Source: Tubulanus polymorphus
Taxonomy: Eukaryota; Animalia; Nemertea
Assembly (NCBI RefSeq): GCF_964204645.1
Contig: NC_134025.1
Location: 62,001 to 126,000, forward strand
Reading direction: 5' to 3'
Length of the DNA: 64,000 nt
Part shown: positions 1 to 13,300 of the stretch, piece after piece
How positions within the stretch are numbered: the first letter of the stretch is position 1
Layout: the number at the start of each line of letters is the position of its first letter
Translations under genes and position numbers: made by a program
The notes under the pieces: model-generated
Databases searched by the model: none
The model's input: only the letters and a program-made list of their open reading frames with translations
Told to the model about the DNA's origin: nothing

Positions 1-845
1 AATTACTGGGTTCGAACCCGCGACACCCCTGCACATCCTCTATTCAGTATCATCAGTAATTACTGGGTTCGAACCTGGTATTACCTGATAGTGAATCAAT
101 GATGCTAGGATCGCCATCTATTAGAATTTGGCTGAACTAGCTAGATAGCTCTTACTGTCTTACTGACTGCTCTCTAATGTGTTAAAATCACACTCGCCAT
201 CTAGCGGATATATATGTTACTACAGTCTAATAACGGTTATATCTACCAGATGGCGAGTGTGATTTCAACACATTAGAGAGCAGTCAGTAAGACAGTAAGA
301 GCTATCTTGTCAGTTCAGCTTAATTCCAATAGATGGCGGTCATGTTTAAGATAAAATAAAATTACCCCTGTACATCCTCTATTCAGCATCAGGACCACTC
401 TGAATCAGTATCAGTAATCACCGGGTTCAAACCCGGGACACCTCTGTATATCGTCTATTCAGCATCAGGACCACTTTGAATCAGTATCAGTAATTACCGG
501 GTTCGAACCCGGGCGGGACACCCCTGCATGCAGCATCAGGACCACACTGAATCAGCATCAGTAATTATTGGGTATGAACCCGGGACACCCTGTACATCCT
601 TTATTCAGCATCAGGACCACTCTGAATCAATATCAATAATCATTGGGTTTGAACCCGGGACACCCGTGTACATCCTCTATTCAGCATCAGGACCACTCTG
701 AATCAGTATCAGTAATTATTGGGTTCGAACCCGGGACACCCCTGCACATCCTCTATTCAGCATCAGGACCACTCTGAATCAGTATCAGTAATTACTGGTT
801 CTCGAACCCGGGACACCCCCGTACATCCTCTTTTCAGCATCAGGG
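1..845. mobile_element. Composite element: 76-bp minisatellite with an embedded ~235-bp palindrome (about 109-341), copy 1
   Basis: Unit aattactgggttcgaacccgggacacccctgtacatcctctattcagcatcaggaccactctgaatcagtatcagt. Inverted arms run cgccatctatt...aatagatggcg. A second copy lies at 33895-34640. Confidence 0.75.
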
Positions 846-1006
846 CAAGTTGGTCTGGATCTGTAACTCAGATTCTGTCCATCAAGTAAATTAACTCTGC
901 ACTAACACACATTTTTTTTATCAAATAAATAATTTTTTTTATTTATCAAATTTGTAACTATAAAATACATTACGATATTATAAACATGTAATCGGTACCG
1001 GAAAAT

Positions 1007-3497
1007 TCACGCAGTGTTGAGTTTAGTAACTATGACAACTCGTAAAGTCTGATCAAAAGAAGTACAAACAGCGAGACCTTGTTTATCGGGACTCCAATCA
1101 AATGAAGAGATCGGTTGAGTTGAGAGAGTAGCGTTCTGTAGCAGAGATACAGTTCCAGCTACTCCTAATTCAATATCATTAGAATCTTTTACAACTCGAT
1201 TTGACGGATAATTACTGAAAAATACATCAATTAGTTCATCCATTAAATCATCTAAATATAGATTTCACAAGGGTCACTTTGAGTCAAAATGCAGCCCCAG
1301 GGCGAAACCAGTTCCTGGGTGAAACCAGCCCGTGGGTAAAACCAGTCCCCGGGTGAAACTAGTCCCTGGGCGAAACCAGTCCCCGGGTGAAACTAGTCCC
1401 TGGGCGAAACCAGTCCCTGGGCTAAACCAGTTCCTGGGCTAAACCAGTCCCTGGGCGAAACCAGTCCCTGGGCGAAACCAGTCCCTGGGCTAAACCAGTC
1501 CCTGGGCGAAACCAGTCCCTGGGCGAAACCAGTCCCTGGGCGAAACCAGCCCCTGGGTGAAACCAGCCCCTGGGTGAAACTGCCGTTTGAGGAAGATGCT
1601 TACTATTTCCACACATGTAAAGATCCATTTCCTCCACCAGTAGTGAATATATCTCTATTCTGTGGTAAATGTCGAGCTAACCAAACTGTACTTTTATGCG
1701 CCTGAAATAAATCACAATTCACATTGACAGTAAGTAATTCAAAACTTAGACTGAATAAAATCTAGAATTTGAAAATGATTCTTACTTTTTCTGAAACGGA
1801 ACTAAAGCCTTTTTCTGGATGTTGAGTTCTCATATCAAACACATGAATAGAAGATTCTAAAGTTGTTACTGCTAATTTATTCATGTTTATATCTTTACGG
1901 TCAAATTCAACGCAACAAACCTACAATTTACAACAATAAAACCTCAACTGTGGAACTCATGGTTTATGTTTTTAATGATTTGTGCCCTGATAGACATTGT
2001 AACTGAACCACCACAATAACCTTCACAAAAATAGATTGACCCATGTTCACAATACTTCCTGCCTCTGTTAAACCAGAATCGGAAATTAGAATCATATCCA
2101 TCAAAAAGTACAGCTTTAAAGTCTTTTGTGAAACCAGGGTCAGACCAGTGGAGCTGGGTTATAAACCAGGGTTAGACCAGTGGAGCTGGGTTATAAACCA
2201 GGTTAGACCAGTGGAGCTGGGTTATAAACCAGGTTAGACCAGTGGAGCTGGGTTATAAACCAGGGTCAGACCAGTGGAGCTGGGTTATAAACCAGGGTTA
2301 GACCAGTGGAGCTGGGTTATAAACCAGGTTAGACCAGTGGAGCTGGGTTATAAACCAGGTTAGACCAGTGGAGCTGGGTTATAAACCAGGGTCAGACCAG
2401 TGGAGCTGGGTTATAAACCAGGTTAGACCAGTGGAGCTGGGTTATAAACCAGGGTCAGACCAGTGGAGCTGGGTTATAATACTTACTCCATTGTTGACAT
2501 TTGTTTCCCAGCGTAACGACATTTTACGCAAATCAAACAATTTCACATCACCATTATCGTAACCAGCGGCAACACACCGATCATGAGGGTTACATGCGTG
2601 ACCTGAAATAAATACAAACAGGTTACTGGAAGCTGATTGGATGACAGGATTAGAACTGGAAGCTGATTGATGACAGGATTAGAACTGGAAGCTGATTGGA
2701 TGACAGGTTCAGGACTAGAAGCTGATTGGCCGAAACTTACCGAATGCTACAGTCCAACAATCTCTTTTAGTTTCACCCTCATTCGGTTCCATGATTGCGA
2801 CGGGTTTATCTTTTTGCCTCGGATCCCAAACTTTAACACAACCTTAAAATATAAAACCATAAACGTTAAATATAGAAAAACCATTAGAGAAATAGAGTTT
2901 TAATTCACTGACCATCTCTTCCTGCTGTGACTAATTCAGGAGCCCCTTCTCCTATACCTAAACCACCAACGCCATCTATTGAATTTATAATCTTCTCATG
3001 AGCCTGAACTGAGTAAATCGGTAATTCTGTTGAATCAAGATTCCTGCAAATACAACACAACACTGTCTATAATTAATCATAATCCAGTATTAATTATAAT
3101 TATAATTATAATAAGATATTTACCAGATTTGTAGTTTTCCCTGCAGGTCGCCCGTAGCGACGTAACGTTGTTGTAAACTAGAAGCACCAAACGTAGCACA
3201 TTTAAAACCTTTTCCTTTTTCACACTGAAATTAAAACAATAACATCATAAATCAGCACAATACGACACAGGGCTAGGTCGGGATCCACCCCCCCCCCGGC
3301 CGACCGGTCGGCAAACTACATACCTCATGTACTAACTCAATTCCACCATGTGCCACCTGATAAACCTGTAGAGCACCTGTTCCCCTCGCGTAGTTTCCTA
3401 ATACTACAAACTTAGCGCTACACGGAATCCATTTAGCATCGAACAGAGTATAATTCATTGATTTCTCAATGTGAATTAGAATTTGTGGTTTATCCAT
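1007..3497 (-). CDS. WDR92: WD repeat protein 92 / dynein axonemal assembly factor 10 (multi-exon span)
   Basis: N-term [34 protein letters not shown] and C-term [34 protein letters not shown] match the WDR92 family. Internal exons ([23 protein letters not shown]) are bounded by GT-AG. Confidence 0.93.
1295..1580. repeat. 17-bp intronic minisatellite (gggcgaaaccagtccct)n
   Basis: Tandem copies visible in a WDR92 intron. Confidence 0.9.
2132..2478. repeat. 31-32-bp intronic minisatellite (agaccagtggagctgggttataaaccagggt)n
   Basis: About 11 tandem copies in a WDR92 intron. Confidence 0.9.
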
Positions 3498-3641
3498 CTC
3501 TCCAGACTCCAGCAGGCGGTATCGTTTACTTCAGATACTACCGCAACCTTTTCTCAATCTGTTTCCTTCTTCTCAATATCCTCCTCACCTCAATATGCAC
3601 CAGTATTTTAACTATTTTTCCAACAAGTTGCAGCTTGATTT

Positions 3642-3657
3642 GTTTATATGCGGCAAC
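3642..3657. promoter_or_regulatory. Candidate RFX X-box upstream of WDR92
   Basis: gtttatatgcggcaac has an RGYAAC half-site about 150 bp upstream of the ATG of a ciliary assembly gene. Imperfect match. Confidence 0.3.
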
Positions 3658-3884
3658 GTAAAAAGCAGAAAGTTGATTAAACTCAGTGAATATACAGGAG
3701 TCGATAGATGGCAGCACTTACCATAGAATTTCACTTTTAGACACACACAGCTACAAATCAACTCAAAAAATGAAAAAAATAATTCTTGTGTAGTTTTGAT
3801 ATCAAATTTCAATCTCAGTTAACAACCCGATGGCATAAAACATTCTATTCGGTAAATAGTGTGTCCGATGCATCAGTTCAAAGA

Positions 3885-4205
3885 TTCTGGCATGCGAGTA
3901 AAATGTTAGTTCGCGTTTTTACCGCCAACGTTATTTCTAGCGGCGACACTGAACGGTATAGATCTGACAAGGCTTGTGATTTCTACTGTGGCATGCGAGG
4001 AATGAATCTTATTCAGACAACCTTCATACATTATTATTGATACTCAAACATGTAATTCAATAAATATCAAACCTAATTCAAGAATAACAAGCTTTTAGAA
4101 AAGTTTTTAAGCCATAATTCTTAGAACCTTTTTATATCCGCGGTTGTATTCTGCATCAGTAAACCGGCAGCGTAGTGATCACCCACATGCCAAAGGAAGA
4201 ATGAT
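3885..4205. mobile_element. Dispersed MITE-like family copy (related to 22670-22980, 51400-51712, 52019-52100)
   Basis: Shared blocks tgttagttc(g/a)c...ccgc...tag(c/g/a)ggc(g/a)(a/g)cact(g/a)aacgg...ctgtggcatg(c/t)gag, plus a downstream inverted cacatgcca block. Confidence 0.6.
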
Positions 4206-4362
4206 TAAATCGATTGTGTTCGAATCCCACTGGTTTCAGATTGTCGTATAGCGAATAGAACACCAAGAAAATGATACCGGAAATCAACAAAAATGAGACA
4301 GAAAATTTCACTGAATAAATCTTTATGATTAAAATATATCTGCTGACAATAGATTTCACGTT

Positions 4363-7300
4363 CTACTGAAATATTTCTTGTTTTTCATTAATCGTTTAGC
4401 GCTGATTTTACGTTTCTTCGCAGAAGCACCAACAGACGGATGTCGTTTTGTTGCCGTGGCAGCAGCAGACGTCGATTGATGACGTCGTTTCTTAGTTTTC
4501 CAATCAGCTCCACGAATCCACCGATCTCGCGCCATTTCCCATTTTAATTGTTTTACACCTGAAAAGAAAACAATGAGACAATATCAGATCAGGATACGCC
4601 ACCTAGCCAGATAGTTGGTGCATCACGCCACCTAGCCAGATAGTTTGTACAGCACGCCACCTAGCCAGATAGTTGGTGCAGCACGCCACCTAGCCAGATA
4701 GTTGGTGTGGTACGCCACCTAGCCAGATAGTTGGTGCAGTACGCCACCTAGCCAGATAGTTGGTGCAGCACGCCACCTAGCCAGATAGTTGGTGCGGTAT
4801 GCCACCTAGCCAGATAGTTGGTGCAGTACGCCACCTAGCCAGATAGTTGGTGCAGCACGCCACTTAGCCGGATAGTTGGTGCAGCACGCCACCTAGTCGG
4901 GTAGCTGGTGCAGCACGCCACCTAGCTGGATAGCTGGCGTAATACACCACCTAGCCGGATAGCTGGTGCAGCACGCCACCTAGCCGGATGGCTGGTGCAG
5001 CACACCACCTAGCCAGATAGCTAGTGCAGCACGCCACCTAGCCGGATAGCTGGTGCAGCACGCCACCTAGCCGGATAGCTGGTGCAGCACGCCACCTAGC
5101 CAGATAGCTGGTACAGCACGCCACCTAGCCAGATGGCTGGTGCAGCACGCCACCTAGCCAGATATCTGGTGCAGCACGCCACCTAGCCAGATGGCTGGTG
5201 CAGCACGCCACCTAGCCAGATGGCTGGTGCAGCACGCCACCTAGTCGGGTAGCTGGTGCAGCACGCCACCTAGCTGGAAAGCTGGCGTAATACACCACCT
5301 AGCCAGATAGCTGGTACAGCACGCCACCTAGTCGGATAGCTGGTGCAGCACGCCACCTAGTCGGGTAGCTGGTGCAGCACGCCACCTAGCCAGGATAGTT
5401 GAATGGTACATTACCTGCTTTATCATTGGTATTTGATAAAGATTCTGAACCACCGACATCTAAATCATTATCTGCATTTTCTTCTAATAGATGTGTGAAC
5501 TACAAAAAATAATCCAAACATAAATCATTGATTCATTCTCCGCACAGCGACCAACATAAATTATAACAATCGACACTGTTACAAACCTCTTCTGCAGATG
5601 CGAATAAATTAGTCGATTTCGAACTGAAATAAAATAAAACTTAAAATAACGAAATGAAACTCATTCAAATTAACGAATCAAAAATCAAATATTCAACTTA
5701 CGTGAGTTTTTTCTTGTTAGTTTTTGGCGCCAATAAAACACCAGATTTTGGTTTTTTCGACGGTTTTGAGTTTAATTCTTCCAATTCTCCTGAAATAGAA
5801 TAATCTCAGTTTAACATGACGTGAACCTGGTTTAAATCTAACACTAGTTTCAGGGATGAGGAGACAAACCGTCGTCTGAGAATGAAACATTCTCTTCATC
5901 TATTTCCATCTCCTTCGTTTCATCTTCAGAACCATCGGAATCAAAAACATCTCCGAAATCTAAATTCTCAATTTCAGCTTCTTCATCTGATAAATCATCA
6001 TCCTCCTCTTCATCATCGCTATCTTCATCTCTCGACTTCTTTCCTTTCTTCGTTTGGTTTTTACTAAATTCGCTGTAAATTAAACAAGTCAAAAGATGAA
6101 TCGATGCAGGAAAATTTACAACATTTTATTAGTGGAACAAATGATAAAACGAGGCTCAAGGAGCTCTTCATCAGGAGCTGGTGAAAATACCAGGGGCCAG
6201 TTGCTCTAAAGTTAACCAGTGCATAGATACCATAGCAACAATGAACTTTTAATTGCCACTATGTCATCTATCCAATGGTTAGCTCTTAAACAACTTTTGA
6301 GCAACTGGACCCAGGTAATTGGCGTCTGCAACAAGCAGCGCAATCTACTGAATTCCTCAATTTCAAAGAAATATTTGTTGATGTAAATATTGATAGATTT
6401 ATACCTCGCGAAATCGATGTCATCCATTAAATGATCTCCGTCAAATGCACTTTCATGTTTATCTAAATATTGATCAAACTCATCTGAGCAGACGGAGTCA
6501 GCATCGCTCTCCTCATCATTGTCGTTATCGGTTACAGTTAAACCTGCTGCAGCTTTACGCTGGAAATATCTAAACATAAAAATATCATCAATATACACCA
6601 GACATCCGGGGAAAGGGGGGTGAAGGGAGGGGGTGAATGGAGGGGAGGGGGTGAAATGAGGGAGGGGGTGAAGGGGAGGGGTGGACACCAGACGAGGGTG
6701 TGAAGGGTGGAGGGGGTGAATGGAGGGGAGGGGGTGAAGGGGAGGGGTGGACACCAGACGAGGGGGTGAAGGGGAGGGGTGGACACCAGACGAGGGTGTG
6801 AAGGGTGGAGGGGGTGAATGGAGGGGAGGGGGTGAAGGGGAGGGGTGGACACCAGACGAGGGGGTGAAGGGATGGAGGGGGTGAATGGAGGGGAGGGGTG
6901 AAGGGGAGGGGTGGACACCAGACGAGGGGGTGAAGGGATGGAGGGGTGAATGGAGGGGAGGGGGTGAAGGGGAGGGGTGGACACCAGACGAGGGGGTGAA
7001 GGGATGGAGGGGTGAATGGAGGGGAGGGGGTGAAGGGGAGGGGTGGACACCAGACGAGGGGGTGAAGGGGAGGGGTGGACACCAGACGAGGGTGTGAAGG
7101 GTGGAGGGGGTGAATGGAGGGGAGGGGGTGAAGGGGAGGGGTGGACACCAGACGAGGGTGTGAAGGGATGGAGGGGGTGAAGGGAGGGGAGGGGGTGACG
7201 GGAGGGTGTGAAGGGTGGAGGTGATGTATTATATAGATACCTGTATAAGTATTTCTCATCGACAGGTATCGAGTTCTCATTCTGTTTGAGATATTTGATA

Positions 7301-10300
7301 CTATCGACCGCGATACTTTTTATTCCGGTCGGTTCTCGAGATTTCTTCGCTTGAACCGATTCATACGTTAGTTCTATAACGATACAATAGATGGAGTTAC
7401 TAATCTATCCAAATTACAATCGAGAATTCTATATTTGAATTCTTACCTTTCTTTTTAGGGTTTCTATAAACGAATCTATCGAGGAATCTGATAAGAGTGA
7501 AGTCTGTAAGGGGATCTCCTGTGTATTGTACCTGGTTACCGGTTAGAGTAGTCTGTGTAAACAGCGCTACAGACGGATGATAGTGATTCAATAGTTTATT
7601 CAATTCACACGTTAATTCCCGATCGGCGAGACAATACAACGGATTCCGATGAGTCATATCATATATCTGTTTACTCTCGTTTACGCCTACAAACAATACA
7701 GTTACCGTGGTGATACAACAATTACACGTAAATGCACTGAGTGATGTACAATTGACCAGACAATGTTAGATAGTTACCTTTTTTACCGCCGGTGTTTTGA
7801 CGATGAATCCATGAAGCTGATGCTCGAGATTTCATTTTCTGTTTGGGATTTTCATCATTCTCTATTGCATCCTCAGCTTCCACAGCCTCCTCCTTCTTCT
7901 CTTCATCCTCCTTCTCTTCATCATCTTCATCTGCATCGATGAAATGTTCATCTTCAGAATCCGAATCTTCACCAGTTTGACGTAAAACCAATAAATTATG
8001 TCTCTTAGATACAACCTTAATTAATATATAACAGTATGACTTATAAAAACGTGTGACCTATATTGAAATCGATGTGACCTATATATACTGAAATTAGGTC
8101 ACTATATATATTGACTTATATAGATCATTGACCTATATACTGATAACAGCATGACCTATATACTTACCTCAGCCAGCAATATCAATGCTCCACACACAAA
8201 TGAGACAGTCTGATGAGCACAAACTTGTAGAAGTCTCTTGATAAATGCCTGAAATATCAACAACAAACCTATATATAGTAGTTAGTTACACACGGGTTAG
8301 ACAGAGGGCGCTACTATACCGACCTTGACCCGTTTTTCAGTCAAATCGTTGAGCATACTCTTATAGATGAGATTGAGGAACATGGTGTGTTTAGAAGAGT
8401 TGTATAATCCTGGATCTATTAACTTCCGATACAAAGCCGAATAATAACGGTCCGATAAACTCTCACTGAAAATATATATCAATCATTTATACAGTGGGAG
8501 GGGCATCAGTCAATCACAGGAACAAGTGGGCGGGGTTTACTCACTTGGAATCCATCACTTGATAAAGCAGCATTAAAGCTTGAACGCTCGTATTGAAATT
8601 GACAATGTGAACGACTTTATACAAAGTATCGACGTGATCTGTGAGCAGTTGCTTCTCAACTATAAAACAATCAAACAATCAGTAGAACTATTTATCAGCG
8701 CGTACGTGTGTATGTATACTGACTATTCACACACTTACCCTTAGCGTATGGATACGCTCTATTTACACCGACAAGTAGTGCACTCATTATCTTTGTGTTC
8801 ACATCTCCTTTCTTCACAAAACTCTAAAATCAAATAAATCAAACGACATTAATCGGAGAAATGAACTGCGTATCATCACCAGCATGTGCTGCCCTCTATA
8901 TATACCTTAAAGAATGAGATATAGATCCCTATCAACCGAGCGGCGAGTTCCGTATCTTCAGAATCAAAAACCAAATGATTCAAAAAACATATAGCGTAAT
9001 ACCTGAAATAATAACAAGTTAATAGTTTACAGGATGAGTTACAGGGGCTTATTCTGAACAACTTGTCACATCTAAAAAGGGAACTTTGATATTAGGGGCA
9101 ACACAGAGGGACTTATCAAACGTACACCCCCACCTGCTGCTCTATAGGTGACAATGTGGAACCAGGTCTAGAACTGTGGAACTGCGTCCTGAGAACTGTG
9201 GAACTGGGTCCTGAGAACTGTGTTCTGAACTGTGTTTGTGAATGGTGAGAACTTACTGTGCTTTATCAGAGACATTGCTACGATACAACAATCTCTCAAC
9301 TTCTAAAACTATCACTGATTTCATATTCGGATGTTTTGAAACTGAAAATAAATATCACATCAATAACAATAAACACAATGTTAATGCATGTTACAGGGGA
9401 GGGTTCAGGGAGTGTGGGGGGAGGTGTGTGTGGGAGGGGGGTATGGGGAGGGGGGTATGGGGAGGGGAGTCATATTTACCTAGTTGTTCCAGTAAATAAG
9501 CTCCTTTTGAAGCAACTTTAGAATCAGGATCTCCTAATTTGTTAATTAACATCGGTAACAATGTATTCTCCTCTTCAGGTTTATTGGTTAACAATTCAGA
9601 GATTGTAGCTGAAATTAGATTCAAGTTTATTTACTACTGACAGACAGACTGATAGACCGGGGGCCTCATCATCATTTCGTTTTATACTTACTGAGAGTTT
9701 TCATTTTAGTAGCAGGAACCGTATCATGACTAGCGGTCTGTAAATAAATCCTGACAGTAGTTTATACTGATGTCTAACTGGTTAATTACATCACAATTAT
9801 AGCAGCATCAGGTCGAGTAACTTCTAACTATAAACCCCAGCTAACCAGAGACATGACTGGCACTCATGAACCAAACCCTAGGTCCATGTTCTCATAACTG
9901 GCATCTAACCCTTACCCTAGGGCAAACTGACCAGTGACATCAAAGACACTCAGTACTGGCAGCTAACCCTAACCCTAGGTATGGTAAATACCCGTGACAT
10001 CATAGGCACCCCTAACCCTAACCCTAGGTCCAGGTTCTCATAACTGGCATCTAACCCTAACCCCAGGTCAAGCTGACCAGTGACATGACAAACGCTCAGT
10101 ACTGGCAGCTAACCCTAACCCTAGGTATGGTAAATACCCATGACATCATAGGCACCCCTAACCCTAACCCTAGGTCCAGGTTCTCATAACTGGCATCTAA
10201 CCCTAACCCTAGGTCAAGCTGACCAATGACATGACAAACGCTCAGTACTGGCAGCTAACCCTAACCCTAGGTATGGTAAATACCCATGACATCATAGGCA

Positions 10301-13300
10301 CCCCTAACCCTAACCCTAGGTCCAGGTTCTCATAACTGGCATCTAACCCTAACCCTAGGTCAAGCTGACCAATGACATGACAAACGCTCAGTACTGGTAG
10401 CTAACCCTAACCCTAGGTATGGTAAATACCCGTGACATCATAGGCACCCCTAACCCTAACCCTAGGTCCAGGTTCTCATAACTGGCATCTAACCCTAACC
10501 CTAGGTCAAGCTGACCAGTGACATGACAAACGCTCAGTACTGGCAGCTAACCCTAACCCTAGGTATGGTAAATACCCGTGACATCATAGGCACCCCTAAC
10601 CCTAACCCTAGGTCCAGGTTCTCATAACTGGCATCTAACCCTAACCCTAGGTCAAGCTGACCAATGACATGACAAACGCTCAGTACTGGCAGCTAACCCT
10701 AACCCTAGGTATGGTAAATACCCGTGACATCATAGGCACCCCTAACCCTAACCCTAGGTCCAGGTTCTCATAACTGGCATCTAACCCTAACCCTAGGTCA
10801 AGCTGACCAATGACATGACAAACGCTCAGTACTGGTAGCTAACCCTAACCCTAGGTATGGTAAATACCCGTGACATCATAGGCACCCCTAACCCTAACCC
10901 TAGGTCCAGGTTCTCATAACTGGCATCTAACCCTAACCCTAGGTCAAGCTGACCAGTGACATGACAAACGCTCAGTACTGGCAGCTAACCCTAACCCTAG
11001 GTATGGTAAATACCCGTGACATCATAGGCACCCCTAACCCTAACCCTAGGTCCAGGTTCTCATAACTGGCATCTAACCCTAACCCTAGGTCAAGCTGACC
11101 AATGACATGACAAACGCTCAGTACTGGCAGCTAACCCTAACCCTAGGTATGGTAAATACCCGTGACATCATAGGCACCCCTAACCCTAACCCTAGGTCCA
11201 GGTTCTCATAACTGGCATCTAACCCTAACCCTAGGTCAAGCTGACCAATGACATGACAAACGCTCAGTACTGGTAGCTAACCCTAACCCTAGGTATGGTA
11301 AATACCCGTGACATCATAGGCACCCCTAACCCTAACCCTAGGTCCAGGTTCTCATAACTGGCATCTAACCCTAGGTCAAGCTGACCAATGACATGACAAA
11401 CACTCAGTACTGGTAGCTAACCCTAACCCTAGGTATGGTTGACCATCCACTTGTAACCCTAACCCTAGGTATGGTAATCACCAGTGACATCACAGCCAAT
11501 CACAACTCTAACCCTAGGTCAGCTGACCTTTTAGGACCAATCAGAAGAACCAGTGATAGTGTAAGAATTGAAGGTGAAGGTCACTTACATCAATAGCTTG
11601 AATAAACTGTGCATATTTCAGTTTTAACTGATTTTCAAACCACCAAATACAAATTCTTTTATCGCGAGAATCTCGATTTCCACTCGATAAATGATCTAAT
11701 TCACAGAGAGGATGCTGAAATATACAACATCTTTCATCATTAACTGTTTACCTTGCATAGACTGTTAAACATTATTGATTATTTAAATTACCTGATCAAA
11801 TGTTCTTAGTTTTCTATCATTCGGTAAAATTTCAGACAGAAAAATCTCCCTTAAAGTATCTAAAATCATAAACAAAACATTATAGAAACAACTTACAGTA
11901 ATTCATCTAAAATCTGACTACTGTAAACTACCTAAAGCTAATAACATTTCTCGTCTATTTTTCTTATTCATCATATGAAGTAGTGAATCGAGACTGGACA
12001 GATTATGAATCGGATCATCTTGAAGTCGTAGAGTTAAAGCTGCAACTCGATCCTGTAACGTTCCTGATGTCAGAACAGTTCTCATCCATTTGGCATCTCC
12101 AGAATTCAAACGATTCTGTCCTTAAAAACATAATCATTTTAAAAATGTAATAAACAGTTAAAACAATGAGGACCTACATCCACATTTCTGCGCCCAGTTC
12201 CACCGTTTTGGATCTAACTGTGGAACTGAGTCCTGTACTGTGGAACTGAGTCCTGTACTGTGGAACTGAGTCCTGTACTGTGGAACTGAGTCCTGTACTG
12301 TGGAACTGAGTCCTGTACTGTGGAACTGGGTCCTGTACTGTGGAGCTAGGTCCAGAACTGTGGAATCCTGGAGTGTGAAATCTATTTCCTTACTGTTTGT
12401 ATAAAGTTCTATTTCTTCACTCATCAAAGTTTCAGCGAATGTTTCCAAACTTTTCACAATTTTTGATGGCATTATCTGAAATCTTTTTGGATCATCGGGA
12501 AACTACAAAAATATAAAAACAACAGAATAATGAGAATTAAACATTTAAACTTTATTGATATCTGTAACACTGGAATCAGTTCCACGCAGTTCCGCTGTGG
12601 AACTGTTTGTCCACTTACCTCATTATTTAACCAATTTCCACCTTTAAACAGTAAATAATCACGTTTTCTATGATTTCGAGTGTAACTGGATACATTCACT
12701 GATCCACCCGTGGCTCCACCCATTGATCCACCCATTGATCCACCCTCCGCTCCTGTACTGCTAGATATCTCATTATGTTGAATCTGTTTGAATTTGTTTT
12801 TAGTTTTCTTTCTATTATCTCTCTGATTCGGTTGATTTGATTCATTCCGATTCGGTTGATTTGATTCATTCCGATTCTCTAGATTCTTTCCACTCTGATT
12901 CTCTAGATTCCTTCCACTCTGATTCTCTAGATTCCTTCCACTCTGATTTGTTTCTAGTGCTGTTTTTATCTCTGCTGGTTTTTCTGACACAGTTTTTTTA
13001 GGAGTTTCAGATTTTAGTTTCTTATTTTTCTCTTTTCTCTGTTTTGTCGCAAGTTTCTCTTCTTCACCAGTTTCAGTTTCTAACCTGTGAAATTGAAGCC
13101 GATTTATCAATAACTCCCCCTCACTCCCCTGCTCCGGCTCCCCTGATATACCCCCTCCCCTCCTTGCCCTGATACACTCTCACCCCCCGGCACACCCTCC
13201 CCCTCTGGTATCCCCTCTCTGGTATCCCCCCATGTCCTCCATGTTATCATTTGATTTAATTCAGTTGAACTCACGTTTTTGACTGATGTTTCAGAATTCC

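Noticed and set aside
6212-7280. Extensin-like Pro-rich ORFs
   Set aside because: G-rich satellite inside a CEBPZ intron.
9830-11520. True telomere or chromosome fusion scar
   Set aside because: Only hexamer doublets within a complex unit, in a single orientation, inside an intact gene.
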